In this document: in pieces, positions 30,744 to 41,674 of the stretch
How positions within the stretch are numbered: position 1 is the first letter of the stretch
How the letters are laid out: the number at the start of each line of letters is the position of its first letter
Virus record (IMG/VR): IMGVR_UViG_3300030049_000016
Length of the DNA stretch: 64,000 bases
Direction: 5' to 3' (one strand)
Source: an uncultured virus (IMG/VR IMGVR_UViG_3300030049_000016)
Lineage: Duplodnaviria; Heunggongvirae; Uroviricota; Caudoviricetes
Position numbers and translations under genes: made by a program
Notes under the pieces: model-generated
Database searches by the model: none
What the model was told of the DNA's origin: nothing
The model's input: the letters and a program-made list of their open reading frames with translations, nothing else

Positions 30744-33191
30744 ATGACACTTAAAGACAGACTTATGAGTACTCTTAGTATTTTTATAAAAGATAAACAA
30801 TATACTGAACCATCTCTAGATATTAATTTTAACCCTTCTACAAGTATTTCTAATGATCAGAGAAAAGAATTATTAAATAAGATTCAAAGATCCTCTCTGG
30901 ACAATAGAGGAATAGATCCTACATCATTCTTAAGTAATTATCTAAAACCTATTGCTTCTGAGACAGCAAACTTATCAGTTGACAACTTAGAGATTATTAG
31001 ACTTGTTCCAGAAATTGGTAGAGCAATAAATGTTATTATTCCTCATATTTATGCACCCAATGATTTACAAGATAATACAATCCCTATCGTCGTTAATCAT
31101 GCTAGTCTTTCCGAACCACAGAAGAAAGCTATTGGAAAGACATTAGAAAAGTATTTTAATGAAACATTAGAATTACCAACTAAAGCAAAACATTGGACAA
31201 AACAAAGTCTTTATATTGCTGGGTCTTCTCCCATTTGTATCATACCACTGAATGAAATTGATACTCTCATAAACGATAGTAACAATATCGTTCCTGGTAC
31301 AGAATCATATAATGAACACTTTAAAAAATTAAATAATAGTATTTTTAAAGATGCCAATATGTTTTATGAAAACAGGACTGAAGAATCTGTAGCTACAGAA
31401 ACATTAGCTATGGAAAATCTTTATACTGGAATTTCATCTTTAGAATATGGTTATGATGAAAATATAAATAAAAAAATACAATTTTCTCAGAATAAAAACA
31501 AAGAATTTGCCACATTTGCTATGGAAGCATTAGGAGAAAATGCATTCGGATTAACTGATAATATTGATATTCTAAAAATGCCAGAAGCCACAACGAAAGC
31601 TGGTAATAATAAAGTTAAACAACATGTTGCATTGCGATATAAAACAACAGCTACTACATTCTTGGGGAATGGTGAAAAGGGTAAAAAGAATAAAGGTCAT
31701 CCTGTTTATATAGAACTTCCTCCAGAAAGTGTTGTTCCTATTTATGTTCCAGGTTCACCTAAAAACCACATTGGATATCTTGTTCTTTTGGGAGATTATG
31801 GTTCTCCTATTAACCTAACTGAATCTGTTAAAGATGTTACTTATTCAACATCTAAACGAGTTAATTATGATACACTCTATAAAACATTCGGTTATAATGG
31901 AATTAAAGATCCTACCCAACAGTATTTAATGATGCAGACTCTATATGGACAACTTATTAATGCTCATGTTTCTGGAAAGTTAGAAAAGGTTGGATATAAA
32001 GATGTAGAATTTGGAAATATAGAAAATATTTACAAACACATGTTTACTAGATTCTTAGCATCAAGAAGATCAAACATATTATTTGTACCGAAAGAATTTA
32101 TGATTTATCATCATTATGATCTAAATGCAGATGGTACTGGTAGATCTAAATTAGAAGATATTAAATTTATATTGTCTTTAAAAATGACTATTATGATTGC
32201 CTCTGCACATTCTGCTATTCGCTCTGCTATTGACAAACGAACAGTTGAGGTTACATTAAATAATAAGATTACGAATGTTGAAGGACATCTTAAGAAGTTA
32301 GAAAAAGCGTTTGTTCAGAAAAACATGGTTAAATTTTCAACAGATCCGTCTCAGGCTGTTAGAACTATATCGGAAAAATCATTATCTTTTAAGGCTAAAG
32401 GTATTCCTGGTCTGGGTGATTATGAAGTTACAAGTGAAGCTACACCCGATAATAGTAGTTCTGAATTTAGAGATATTTTAGAGTATTTTGATAATATTAT
32501 TCAATATCACTTTGATGTTCCCCCATCTGCTTATAATTCAATGAACGAAAACGAATTCTCTAGATCGATTGTTATGTCGAATATTTATTTTAGTAGAATT
32601 ATTCAAGCTTTACAACAACTTACAATAAAACATTTAAATAATTTTATCAGAACATATATTAGTTTTTCACAACCTCTTATTGAAGAAATTAATAAAATTA
32701 TTAATATCAAAGTAGATGGCGAAGATAAACTATCAGATGGTTCTGGCGTAGAAGATGAAAATAAAACTGAAAGTACCAAAGAAAGACTTGAAGAGATTAT
32801 TAATAGTATTAGTGTTCATCTACAGGTTCCGAATGTTGGTCCTAACAAAACACAATTTGACGATCTTGATACATTCTCTGAGTCTCTTGATAAAGTACTT
32901 GATAAACTTTATAGTGTTCCTAAAGAACTTGAAGACGATCCTCTTACATTTGTTAAGTTTGTTGTTAAAGAAAAGATACTTAGAAAATATCTATCAGAAC
33001 AAAATGTCATGGACTCTGATGAATTCCCAACAATCGGTGAGATCGATAAAGTTGCACTTGACGAAACTATTCATGAATGTATTAATCTTATTAATGCAAT
33101 TAAAACATCAAAGCGTTTATATAAACAGAAAGCTAATAATAATAATCAAGATGATGATAATTCTGGTTTCGAAGATAGTGATAAATACTAA
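30744..33191 (+). CDS. Portal protein (gp129-like)
   Basis: 815 aa; GHP...ELPPESVVPI.VPG.P.NHIGY, GTGRS.LE and EFSRSIV motifs; divergent from the gp128-like gene. Confidence 0.75.
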   Translation: MTLKDRLMSTLSIFIKDKQYTEPSLDINFNPSTSISNDQRKELLNKIQRSSLDNRGIDPTSFLSNYLKPIASETANLSVDNLEIIRLVPEIGRAINVIIPHIYAPNDLQDNTIPIVVNHASLSEPQKKAIGKTLEKYFNETLELPTKAKHWTKQSLYIAGSSPICIIPLNEIDTLINDSNNIVPGTESYNEHFKKLNNSIFKDANMFYENRTEESVATETLAMENLYTGISSLEYGYDENINKKIQFSQNKNKEFATFAMEALGENAFGLTDNIDILKMPEATTKAGNNKVKQHVALRYKTTATTFLGNGEKGKKNKGHPVYIELPPESVVPIYVPGSPKNHIGYLVLLGDYGSPINLTESVKDVTYSTSKRVNYDTLYKTFGYNGIKDPTQQYLMMQTLYGQLINAHVSGKLEKVGYKDVEFGNIENIYKHMFTRFLASRRSNILFVPKEFMIYHHYDLNADGTGRSKLEDIKFILSLKMTIMIASAHSAIRSAIDKRTVEVTLNNKITNVEGHLKKLEKAFVQKNMVKFSTDPSQAVRTISEKSLSFKAKGIPGLGDYEVTSEATPDNSSSEFRDILEYFDNIIQYHFDVPPSAYNSMNENEFSRSIVMSNIYFSRIIQALQQLTIKHLNNFIRTYISFSQPLIEEINKIINIKVDGEDKLSDGSGVEDENKTESTKERLEEIINSISVHLQVPNVGPNKTQFDDLDTFSESLDKVLDKLYSVPKELEDDPLTFVKFVVKEKILRKYLSEQNVMDSDEFPTIGEIDKVALDETIHECINLINAIKTSKRLYKQKANNNNQDDDNSGFEDSDKY

Positions 33192-33200
33192 GTATAAAAC

Positions 33201-33232
33201 TGATAGGAATGGGCAAGTGCCCATTCCTATCA
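33201..33232. terminator. Bidirectional hairpin between convergent genes
   Basis: tgataggaatgggca-ag-tgcccattcctatca. Confidence 0.8.
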
Positions 33233-33247
33233 TATCCGACAATTGTC

Positions 33248-34117
33248 TTAACCCATAGCGTAATAATTAGCTTCAGCATCTTCCTGCTGAGCCTGAATAC
33301 CCATATCAGCAAGTTCATCAGGAATATCGCTAGCAACCGGAGTAGCAAGATTGTAATTAACACGATGCAAACCAAGACGATCGGCGATGATCTGACCAGC
33401 AACTTTTGTATTATAATTATGTTGAATAAGACCAGTATAAGCAATAGATCTTTCAGGAACTTCACCATGAGAAATAGTACGTTTCCAACCAAAATTACTT
33501 GTTTCGGTCGGGAACATACAAGTGGAATAATAGGCATCAATAATGTTCTGAGGCTGCATTGTAGGATCAAACTGAATCCATAACACATCCATAGTAAATG
33601 TAGACAACAACATAGGATCGATAGCAGTATCGCCACCATTAATAGCAGACAACAGAGAGAACTGAGTATCAGGATCTCTAATCATCTTAATCCAATTATA
33701 GTGGAAATTCCAAACAACATTACCAACAATTTCATTCCATGTAAACTGTGGCGTAATCGCTGAGCGCTTAGACACGGTAGGAACATGGAGTGTCTGACCA
33801 TCGTGGCCAGCAGTAACATCAGTTGTTTCTAATGTAACATTAAAATCAATACCAGAAACTTCTTTAGGATGTTGTTCGATAAGCGCCTTAAGAATATCAA
33901 CCATACCATCAAATTGATAAAACATAGTAGGTGCCCGTGTGACAATGCCATATGTCGGGAGGAACACCTGCGGTGTCGCAGAATCGATATTGACGAGATT
34001 AACGCCAAGACCATTCTGCGCACCAGCAGCAATGTTCACAACCTGATCAGCATCCGTCACAGCAGCAACGCCACCAAGATTGCTCAGTAAAGAGCTGGAG
34101 AGCGAGGCCAGTGACAT
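33248..34117 (-). CDS. Tail tube protein (gp30-like)
   Basis: 289 aa after the sheath gene; LKALIE.H, DPDTQ, QFDPT...DAY...MFP motifs. Confidence 0.75.
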   Translation of the reverse strand: MSLASLSSSLLSNLGGVAAVTDADQVVNIAAGAQNGLGVNLVNIDSATPQVFLPTYGIVTRAPTMFYQFDGMVDILKALIEQHPKEVSGIDFNVTLETTDVTAGHDGQTLHVPTVSKRSAITPQFTWNEIVGNVVWNFHYNWIKMIRDPDTQFSLLSAINGGDTAIDPMLLSTFTMDVLWIQFDPTMQPQNIIDAYYSTCMFPTETSNFGWKRTISHGEVPERSIAYTGLIQHNYNTKVAGQIIADRLGLHRVNYNLATPVASDIPDELADMGIQAQQEDAEANYYAMG

Positions 34118-34134
34118 TATAGATTATCCCTTTC

Positions 34135-36141
34135 TTAAGAGGCAACATTCACTGAGAGAGTAGTATTCCAAACACGATTGCTACGATACCCAGAGAGGGC
34201 AACTGTGACGCTAGAAGAGTTTCCGTTCGCCAAGTCAACTGTAGTCTGAGTAACCGTTGTAGCACTCGTGATAATGTTATTAAGAGCAGAGCTGATTTCA
34301 TTATCAATGGACTTTTGTATCTGTTTAAATAACGTTTTTGGCCTAGCATTACTTCCCGTAAAACTAGTCCATTTGTCACGAACAATATGTTTAACATAAA
34401 CAACGTAGTCAACAATACATTCGTCAGAGAGGAGTGAAGAATCTGTTGTATAAACAGTACGGAGATCAGAGTAAAAAATGACAGAGGGGGTAGCATAGCA
34501 AATAATATTAGCGCCACAATCCCAAATCTCCTGAAGAACATCAGGGCTTTCCGGGATGTAATTGAATGTAGGCCGTTTGAAGACGGTGACTTCGCTTGCG
34601 GGGCGAGGTTTAGGCTCAGCCTTAATGGACGTCGTTCCATCGTAAATGCACCTTTTAATCAATCGGTCAAACGTGGCCGGAACATAGTTAGACCACGAGG
34701 CCGTTGTTCCGTCGTTGTTCAACTTAGCGCACTGACCATAGATAGAACCACGGCACGCCGGAGTTCCCATGATCGAAGATTCAGGATGAAGCAGAATGCG
34801 CTGACGCAGAGATGCCATCAGTGCAACATCCGCAGCAGCTGTATTTGGCTTAAGACTCACGTCCTGAGTAGCCATTGTCAACTGCACATCATCGCGAACA
34901 TTCATAACACCATCGATAATAGATAATTTATTAGCTAAAGCAAAACCAGAATCATAGAAATGAGTAATCGGATAACGATAAACATCCTGAATAGCCGGAT
35001 ATGTAGTACCTTCGAGATAAGCAACAACTAATTCTTCAAACATGTTAACGGATGTATCGCCATCAGATCCACCCAATAAATAAAGTGTAACATCTTCATT
35101 AATGACTTCGGCCGAATCAGAAGTAATGGTAAAGTGATAATAAGAATTATTGTTAGAATCCATACCAGTCATGATATTAATCAAATCAGCAGAAGATGTG
35201 ATTTCAGGAGAAACGTTGAGAATATCAGATGTGATCTTTTTAATATTGTCATTATAAGTACAAACATTGTAAGGGAAAGGATTCGCAAAGTTCGTTGTAA
35301 GTTCATCACTGATATCAAGATATTGTGTTGTATTGGGATTATAAGCATTATCAATAAAAGCAAAAGTCTGACTAGGACTACCATACATGTCATAAACAGG
35401 AGCAGAAATAGCAGTAGTCGGAGAAACATAAGAAGGAGCAAAGACATAGGTCATTGCGCCATTAACAGTTGACAACGAAGCAATGTTACCAGACAGAATA
35501 GAATTCGCCTGAGTCTTATCATAAGAAGAATCGTAATATAAGCTAAAACCATAATTGTTCATCAGAGATCCAACATCGGCCGCTTCGACGGCCATGATCG
35601 GATATGTAGTATATGTAACACCACCATTCGATATTGTGTTCGGAGTTAATTCATCAAACTCTTCAGAATCTGTAAGTGCACGAGCAGTCCAATCTAATTC
35701 ATAACCATCAGCAGTAACCGAAGCACCATTGAGTGTCTGGGGAATAGGGTTACTATTTTCATCATAAACTAAAGCACCAGTTGCTGTACGCTGATACTGG
35801 ACGATTTGCGCCGGAGTCACCGTGCAGAAGATACCAAGAGTGGATTTTGTAGCGGCCGGATCAACCAGTCGAACAAAACAAATCTGCTGGTACTTGATAG
35901 CCTGATTAACAAACAGCGTCTGGTGATTGAAGAACTTCGAGGTGGTATTCAAGAAGCTCGAACCATAACTAGTCTGAATATCTGTCGTATCGCCGATCAG
36001 GGGAAAGTTAGGAACGCCCTTTTCAGTGAACGAGAACATAATAGGCAGATGTCGAGGCAGGACCGTGAAGGTCTGTCCAGATGCCGCAGAATTATCCTGA
36101 ACCTGGATATTCAGAGCATTAGGATATGTATATGTCGACAT
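34135..36141 (-). CDS. Tail sheath protein (gp29-like)
   Basis: PRHLP.M..FTEKG, FFNHQT, L.GGSDG, YDSGF, PES...GTPACR motifs. Confidence 0.85.
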   Translation of the reverse strand: MSTYTYPNALNIQVQDNSAASGQTFTVLPRHLPIMFSFTEKGVPNFPLIGDTTDIQTSYGSSFLNTTSKFFNHQTLFVNQAIKYQQICFVRLVDPAATKSTLGIFCTVTPAQIVQYQRTATGALVYDENSNPIPQTLNGASVTADGYELDWTARALTDSEEFDELTPNTISNGGVTYTTYPIMAVEAADVGSLMNNYGFSLYYDSSYDKTQANSILSGNIASLSTVNGAMTYVFAPSYVSPTTAISAPVYDMYGSPSQTFAFIDNAYNPNTTQYLDISDELTTNFANPFPYNVCTYNDNIKKITSDILNVSPEITSSADLINIMTGMDSNNNSYYHFTITSDSAEVINEDVTLYLLGGSDGDTSVNMFEELVVAYLEGTTYPAIQDVYRYPITHFYDSGFALANKLSIIDGVMNVRDDVQLTMATQDVSLKPNTAAADVALMASLRQRILLHPESSIMGTPACRGSIYGQCAKLNNDGTTASWSNYVPATFDRLIKRCIYDGTTSIKAEPKPRPASEVTVFKRPTFNYIPESPDVLQEIWDCGANIICYATPSVIFYSDLRTVYTTDSSLLSDECIVDYVVYVKHIVRDKWTSFTGSNARPKTLFKQIQKSIDNEISSALNNIITSATTVTQTTVDLANGNSSSVTVALSGYRSNRVWNTTLSVNVAS

Positions 36142-36216
36142 TGAAAACTCCCATTAGAAAGGTTTTTTAGAATAAAACCATCGTATAAGGATAATTCTTT
36201 TAAAAGGAACAAAAAA

Positions 36217-37248
36217 ATGAAAAACCGTGAATCTATCTTTGACGTATTTAGTGTTAAACAAACAGTTAATAATCCACAGTTAACCGAACTTATTAATTTC
36301 TTAATGGATAATAGAGATGTTAGACTTGACCACGATATTACTAAACAGATTACATCTCGTGATCCCTTGATTAAACCAGGAATCAGTCATATTTTCCGTA
36401 GAGCTGTTATGAGTGGTAAAGACAATATTTTTTCTTTCTGTAATATTCCTATGAATACAAATGCTCCAGAGATTGTCACTTATGACTATGTCAGTTTTGA
36501 CTTTGCTCAGCTTGCTGGTAAGCATGCCAATTTATACAAAGACACTACCTTCATTCCTGGATTTAAAGATACTGTTTTTTATAATGTTTCATCTGTTATT
36601 AAGACAAATAATGAACCTAGTGACATCAATCAATTTCAAGCAAAATGTGTGTTATCTATGTTATCAAGAAGTTACTATAATAGTGGTGTTTTACCTTGGT
36701 TAACACCTACAATCATTAGGTTTTTATGCCGAAGCTATAATATGTCCATTGGTACTGCCATAAGCAGTTCCTATGGACTTACCTATGCCGAAATGCAAAT
36801 TATCAAGACAATTTTGTCATTTTATTTCTTAAAATGTGTTGCTTCTGTTCATGAAGCAGAGGTTCTAATTAAGACCTCAAAACTCGATTTAGGTCCTACA
36901 AATGAGATCCAGGATGTTGTTAATAAAATAAAAGAATTACTCGGCGATAAATACGAAAATATATCATTTGATGACATGTGTTATTGTATTCAAAATTGTG
37001 GTATTGGTAGATTGTCTGGCGTTAATAGAAAATGGATGGTTCAGAGATTGAAAAGTCTTGGTCCTGATATGTTTACAACAAGTATTGCTTTGGAATACCC
37101 TCCCTACTTCTGCTATTTATTGTTATTGGCCGAGGCTGGTAAAAAGATCGGTATGTTTAATATATTAATGAAGACCGATCTCAAAAGAGAAGTTAATGAA
37201 TTTATTGACAACATTATTAAATCCCCTTCATTTATTTCTACAATCTAA
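36217..37248 (+). CDS. Conserved protein (gp28-like)
   Basis: Divergent from the sheath gene as in phiKZ; IALEYPP motif. Confidence 0.6.
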   Translation: MKNRESIFDVFSVKQTVNNPQLTELINFLMDNRDVRLDHDITKQITSRDPLIKPGISHIFRRAVMSGKDNIFSFCNIPMNTNAPEIVTYDYVSFDFAQLAGKHANLYKDTTFIPGFKDTVFYNVSSVIKTNNEPSDINQFQAKCVLSMLSRSYYNSGVLPWLTPTIIRFLCRSYNMSIGTAISSSYGLTYAEMQIIKTILSFYFLKCVASVHEAEVLIKTSKLDLGPTNEIQDVVNKIKELLGDKYENISFDDMCYCIQNCGIGRLSGVNRKWMVQRLKSLGPDMFTTSIALEYPPYFCYLLLLAEAGKKIGMFNILMKTDLKREVNEFIDNIIKSPSFISTI

Positions 37249-37263
37249 GAATGGAGTATTTGT

Positions 37264-39870
37264 ATGACAGTTTCTAGTTCTACATTAGTCTCCTATCTTA
37301 ATCTTAATTTTTTAGAAAAAGTATGGAATAGTCCTAGATTTTATTGTTTTGAAAATATAAGATTAAATCCGTTTGTTGTCGGCACCTCTAATATACTAAT
37401 GAACTTAATTTCTGATACATATGAAACTATTGCATTACCGAATAACGAAATCCAGTATAGCGTTTTTACAACAGATTACTTTAGTATTCAGACGTTATTA
37501 TTATTGGATACTGATGCTTGGTATCAGGCTAGTTCTTTAATAGATGAATATTCAGAACTAATTACTGTCTATACTGAAAATGGGTTTATGGTACCTAAGA
37601 GTTCTATTTATTTAAGATATTCATCAACGACTGAGAAGCTTTATATTGCTATCGATAAGTTGGCATTATATAAAGTTGATGGAGTAAATTATAAATCTTG
37701 TTACCTTGATGTATTGCGGTTTGCTCCTAGCATGACAAAATCTAATAAGGTATTACTAAATTATTATTCTGACATTATAATAAAATCTACTTTCACAAAT
37801 CAGTTAGCGACCATAACAACTTTATTAACAAATTTAAACAATAATTATTATGATCAAACTACATTCATTATTAATGGTGAAATAATCGACTCTAAGTCTA
37901 ATTATTCTATTTCAATTGGTGATTATATTGAAATCATCACTGACTTCTCTATTGATAAAACGGTGACTATAGATATTTCTTCAAATGCCACAAACTATAT
38001 AGATACCATCAATAAAGGTAATTATACACTATTACATATTCCTAAAGAAAATAATCCAAATAATGCTATTTATACATTTAATGATATGTCGATATATATA
38101 AAGAATAATGTATCTTCTAAGTCTATATATTTTAATAGATCTACTACAGGTGCTATAAATCAAATAACTCACAATGATATCTCGATTAATAATCTAGAAT
38201 TATCTGCTGCACAAGATACGCTCAATACTACCAATATAAGTGTTATTCTTAAATTAAGAAGTCACCAAAATAAATATATTATTCAAGATATTAATTATAT
38301 AAATTATTTATACGAGCTTCCAGATGATGAAATAGTACAATTCTTATTAGCTAAAAATAGTGATACCTCATTGTCATTCTGGTCGTTGTTAAATTTACAA
38401 CAATCTTTACAAACAAGTTTATTCTTTAATGTTACAAATGATACATCATTGTCGACATTAGCTAAATATACAAATGGTTTAGGATATGACTGTATCGCAA
38501 ACGTTTTAAGTGGTTATGACGATACAACTATTTTAAATCAGAGTAGTACAGTAACCATCCCTGTTAAAAAGCCTATTATCCTTAGTGATTCTTCTACAAA
38601 AAATATTTTTTATATGAATGGTAAGAAGGTTATGGATACTTTATATAAATATTCTGATAATGGACTAAGTATCGGTTATACAACACTCAGTAAAGATTTA
38701 TATATTCCCCCTAAGTCTAATTGTAGAAATCAATTATTTCAACACAACGATAGTACACATGAGCTCTTTTCTCCTAAAATTGGGGTTACCCAAGTTACTG
38801 TTAATATGACAGATTTTAAAATATACTTAATGAATGATATTGATCCCATACAAGGATTTAATAGAACATATACAAAATCTTTTACAGAAGTTACTCCAGA
38901 TAATCATTCATTAGTAACAACAATAGGAACAGATAGTTCTATTCTAGCATTTGGATATCTTTATTATAATAAAACATTTATAATTGTTAATAATACTTAC
39001 ACTTATAGTACATCTATAAATTTAGATACTGATATGAGTGAAGGGAATGTATTATATCACGATCTGGATATCCTGTATTCAGACGATGTAACGACTTTAC
39101 CCTTATTGAATTCTAGTAACATAGAAGCACATCTAAATGGATATTATTTAATACCCGATATTGATTACAATGTTATTACTTATATAGATACAAATGGATA
39201 TTTTTGTGGTAGACAATTTATTTTAACAAACAATATATTCTTACAAGAATCATCTAATATTTTAGAAATTATGAACCATACAGCAAGAATAGATTATCAG
39301 ACTATTGATTATGTTTTAAACGGCCAATTAAATCAGAATGGTGAAATAGATTTTGAATTGGTTAATAGTTCAAAAGTATATATCAATGGATTGTTACAGA
39401 ATTACAATTCTGATATATTTAGTATGACATTAGATGTCCCTAATGGTTCGCCATATATTATCAGAAATATTATTCCTAAACAGACAGATGTTTATTTAAG
39501 TACATATAATCAGAATTCAGATAACCCAAATAAACAGGCTATTCAAAAATACTTCACAAAAGAATTTACAGTTGCACAAGATCCTATATTTGTAAATAAA
39601 ATGCATATCGTTTTTAGTCCTTATTTTACATATCTTATTCAACAGATTAATAATGGATCGCTAGTTTTAACAAACGATCCTGATAATACCAAATTTATAA
39701 ATCAGGTTAGTCAATATGACTATATAAAAAATATGGATCAGACTTTAAGTGATTCTACAATTATCAATTTCAATTTTGTTTATTGGAATATTACATATTC
39801 AGATACTGTCATTAATGATTCAACACAATATGCACTATTTAAGAAACTTGTTACGCTAATAAGAGGATAG
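37264..39870 (+). CDS. Virion structural/baseplate protein (gp27-like)
   Basis: 868 aa; VWNSP, QITHND, LNGYYLIPDIDY, FSPY motifs and synteny. Confidence 0.65.
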   Translation: MTVSSSTLVSYLNLNFLEKVWNSPRFYCFENIRLNPFVVGTSNILMNLISDTYETIALPNNEIQYSVFTTDYFSIQTLLLLDTDAWYQASSLIDEYSELITVYTENGFMVPKSSIYLRYSSTTEKLYIAIDKLALYKVDGVNYKSCYLDVLRFAPSMTKSNKVLLNYYSDIIIKSTFTNQLATITTLLTNLNNNYYDQTTFIINGEIIDSKSNYSISIGDYIEIITDFSIDKTVTIDISSNATNYIDTINKGNYTLLHIPKENNPNNAIYTFNDMSIYIKNNVSSKSIYFNRSTTGAINQITHNDISINNLELSAAQDTLNTTNISVILKLRSHQNKYIIQDINYINYLYELPDDEIVQFLLAKNSDTSLSFWSLLNLQQSLQTSLFFNVTNDTSLSTLAKYTNGLGYDCIANVLSGYDDTTILNQSSTVTIPVKKPIILSDSSTKNIFYMNGKKVMDTLYKYSDNGLSIGYTTLSKDLYIPPKSNCRNQLFQHNDSTHELFSPKIGVTQVTVNMTDFKIYLMNDIDPIQGFNRTYTKSFTEVTPDNHSLVTTIGTDSSILAFGYLYYNKTFIIVNNTYTYSTSINLDTDMSEGNVLYHDLDILYSDDVTTLPLLNSSNIEAHLNGYYLIPDIDYNVITYIDTNGYFCGRQFILTNNIFLQESSNILEIMNHTARIDYQTIDYVLNGQLNQNGEIDFELVNSSKVYINGLLQNYNSDIFSMTLDVPNGSPYIIRNIIPKQTDVYLSTYNQNSDNPNKQAIQKYFTKEFTVAQDPIFVNKMHIVFSPYFTYLIQQINNGSLVLTNDPDNTKFINQVSQYDYIKNMDQTLSDSTIINFNFVYWNITYSDTVINDSTQYALFKKLVTLIRG

Positions 39871-39876
39871 AAAGGC

Positions 39877-41601
39877 ATGACAGTCATCACAGTCCTAAAA
39901 GAGGATGCATCTAACGTAGCAAGTGGTTATGTTAGAGTTTATCCATTAAGTAAAATATATAATCCTAATTTAAATCAAACATCTGGATCTTATATTGTTC
40001 CGCAGGTAGACTCATTGGTTATCGATGTTGACAATGGTGGATTGTTGTACTATGTAGAAAGTGTTAATGAAATCACAAATGTTTCTACATTGGTTCCTGC
40101 TAAAATCATTACTGATTCAATAGAAACCGAATTAGATCAGATCTCGGTTATTTCTTATGGAAATGATTTATTTTATCTTTATTATGATCCTTTGAACACC
40201 CCAACAGATATTGATATCGATAGTAAATTACATATTGTCGGTCCTGTCGGAATGAAATACCAGATTATAGAAAATGTTGGAACTGCTACAGAAAAAGTTA
40301 TAAGTCAGTATTACGATATTGATGGAAATTATGTTGGTAATGTTGTTCCTATGGTTCCTTGTTTTGAAGACGGAACTAAAGGTGTTCATTATTTAAAGAG
40401 TTGTTATACGACACAGCCTATTGTTGATGGAACTTCTTATCAGATTAATGTATTTAATTCTGCTGGTAAATTAATTGGTGAAGTTAAGAATGTTATTTCT
40501 AAGAAATCATACATTTTAAATAATGGTTTTAATTCTCTTCCTGTTATAAACAACTTAAGTATTGTTGGAAATCAAATGAGAAACGATAATGAAATTTATA
40601 TTTATCAGAATCAGAATATAGACAGTTTGAATATTAGAGGTATATTAACATTTGAAGATGGAAGAACACAAGAAGTTCTCCCAGATACATCTAAATGTGT
40701 TTTATATGGATTTACTAATTTCGTATCTTCTTATCCTGGTTATAAACAACCATTATTGTTAAAATATATGCTTGATAGTGATGAACCTATTTCAAGAGAA
40801 CTTATGTTAACAAATGATATATTTATTACTGGAGAAACTAATCTTATTGTTATTCCAAATAATGTGTCTTATGGTATTAAATTACTGGTTGTTCCTCAAT
40901 GGTCGGCAAATTTAAATCAATATACATTAAAGTTCTTCTTATACTCAACAGAACGAAATTCATCTGTCGATGTCACTCAGTATGTTACAACGACAAGTCT
41001 TGATACATCCACAGGACTTACTAATTTTAGTGGAAATTATTATACAGGGTATCAAACATTACAAGCATCTATCGATTTAAATAATTTTGATAATACAACA
41101 TTTGGAGTTGGTTCTATTTATTTACAGACAATCGTTATTAAGTTACAACCGTTCAATGCATATAACAGATACATATTTGGAGATAGTATTACTGGAACAA
41201 TTTATGGTATCGATAATACTCTTGTTCATAGACCTGTTCTATATAACGATATCATAAAGAATGTTTATTTTATTCCGTCTAGTTTATTCTCAACAGTTGA
41301 TAATTTCTTACAAGCATTTTATTATAATACATTACCTGTTTATGATAGTTCAAATACATCTTCACCTCCTGTTCCTACACACTTCTGCATAAGAGATATT
41401 GTTACTGGTAATATGCTAACAAATGACATTATCCCGATTGCAAACTATCAACAAGCATTCAACTTTGTTAATAATACTTCATATTTAAATAATAATGTGT
41501 TGATTGAATTTATTCAGCAGATCAATACAACAACAAATAATACTCTTTATGGTGCCCCCATTGATGTTTATTCAAACACATATATTCCAACATTATCTTA
41601 A
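39877..41601 (+). CDS. Virion structural/baseplate protein (gp26-like)
   Basis: 574 aa; VP..DSLV.D, VISQYYD..GN, P.PTHF motifs and synteny. Confidence 0.65.
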   Translation: MTVITVLKEDASNVASGYVRVYPLSKIYNPNLNQTSGSYIVPQVDSLVIDVDNGGLLYYVESVNEITNVSTLVPAKIITDSIETELDQISVISYGNDLFYLYYDPLNTPTDIDIDSKLHIVGPVGMKYQIIENVGTATEKVISQYYDIDGNYVGNVVPMVPCFEDGTKGVHYLKSCYTTQPIVDGTSYQINVFNSAGKLIGEVKNVISKKSYILNNGFNSLPVINNLSIVGNQMRNDNEIYIYQNQNIDSLNIRGILTFEDGRTQEVLPDTSKCVLYGFTNFVSSYPGYKQPLLLKYMLDSDEPISRELMLTNDIFITGETNLIVIPNNVSYGIKLLVVPQWSANLNQYTLKFFLYSTERNSSVDVTQYVTTTSLDTSTGLTNFSGNYYTGYQTLQASIDLNNFDNTTFGVGSIYLQTIVIKLQPFNAYNRYIFGDSITGTIYGIDNTLVHRPVLYNDIIKNVYFIPSSLFSTVDNFLQAFYYNTLPVYDSSNTSSPPVPTHFCIRDIVTGNMLTNDIIPIANYQQAFNFVNNTSYLNNNVLIEFIQQINTTTNNTLYGAPIDVYSNTYIPTLS

Positions 41602-41614
41602 GTTATGTCATTAA

Positions 41615-41646
41615 CTGTATAAGGTGCCACGTGGCACCTTATACAG
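41615..41646. terminator. Palindromic hairpin
   Basis: ctgtataaggtgccacgtggcaccttatacag. Confidence 0.7.
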
Positions 41647-41674
41647 ATAGACAAATCGAAAGGAAAAAACTTCT

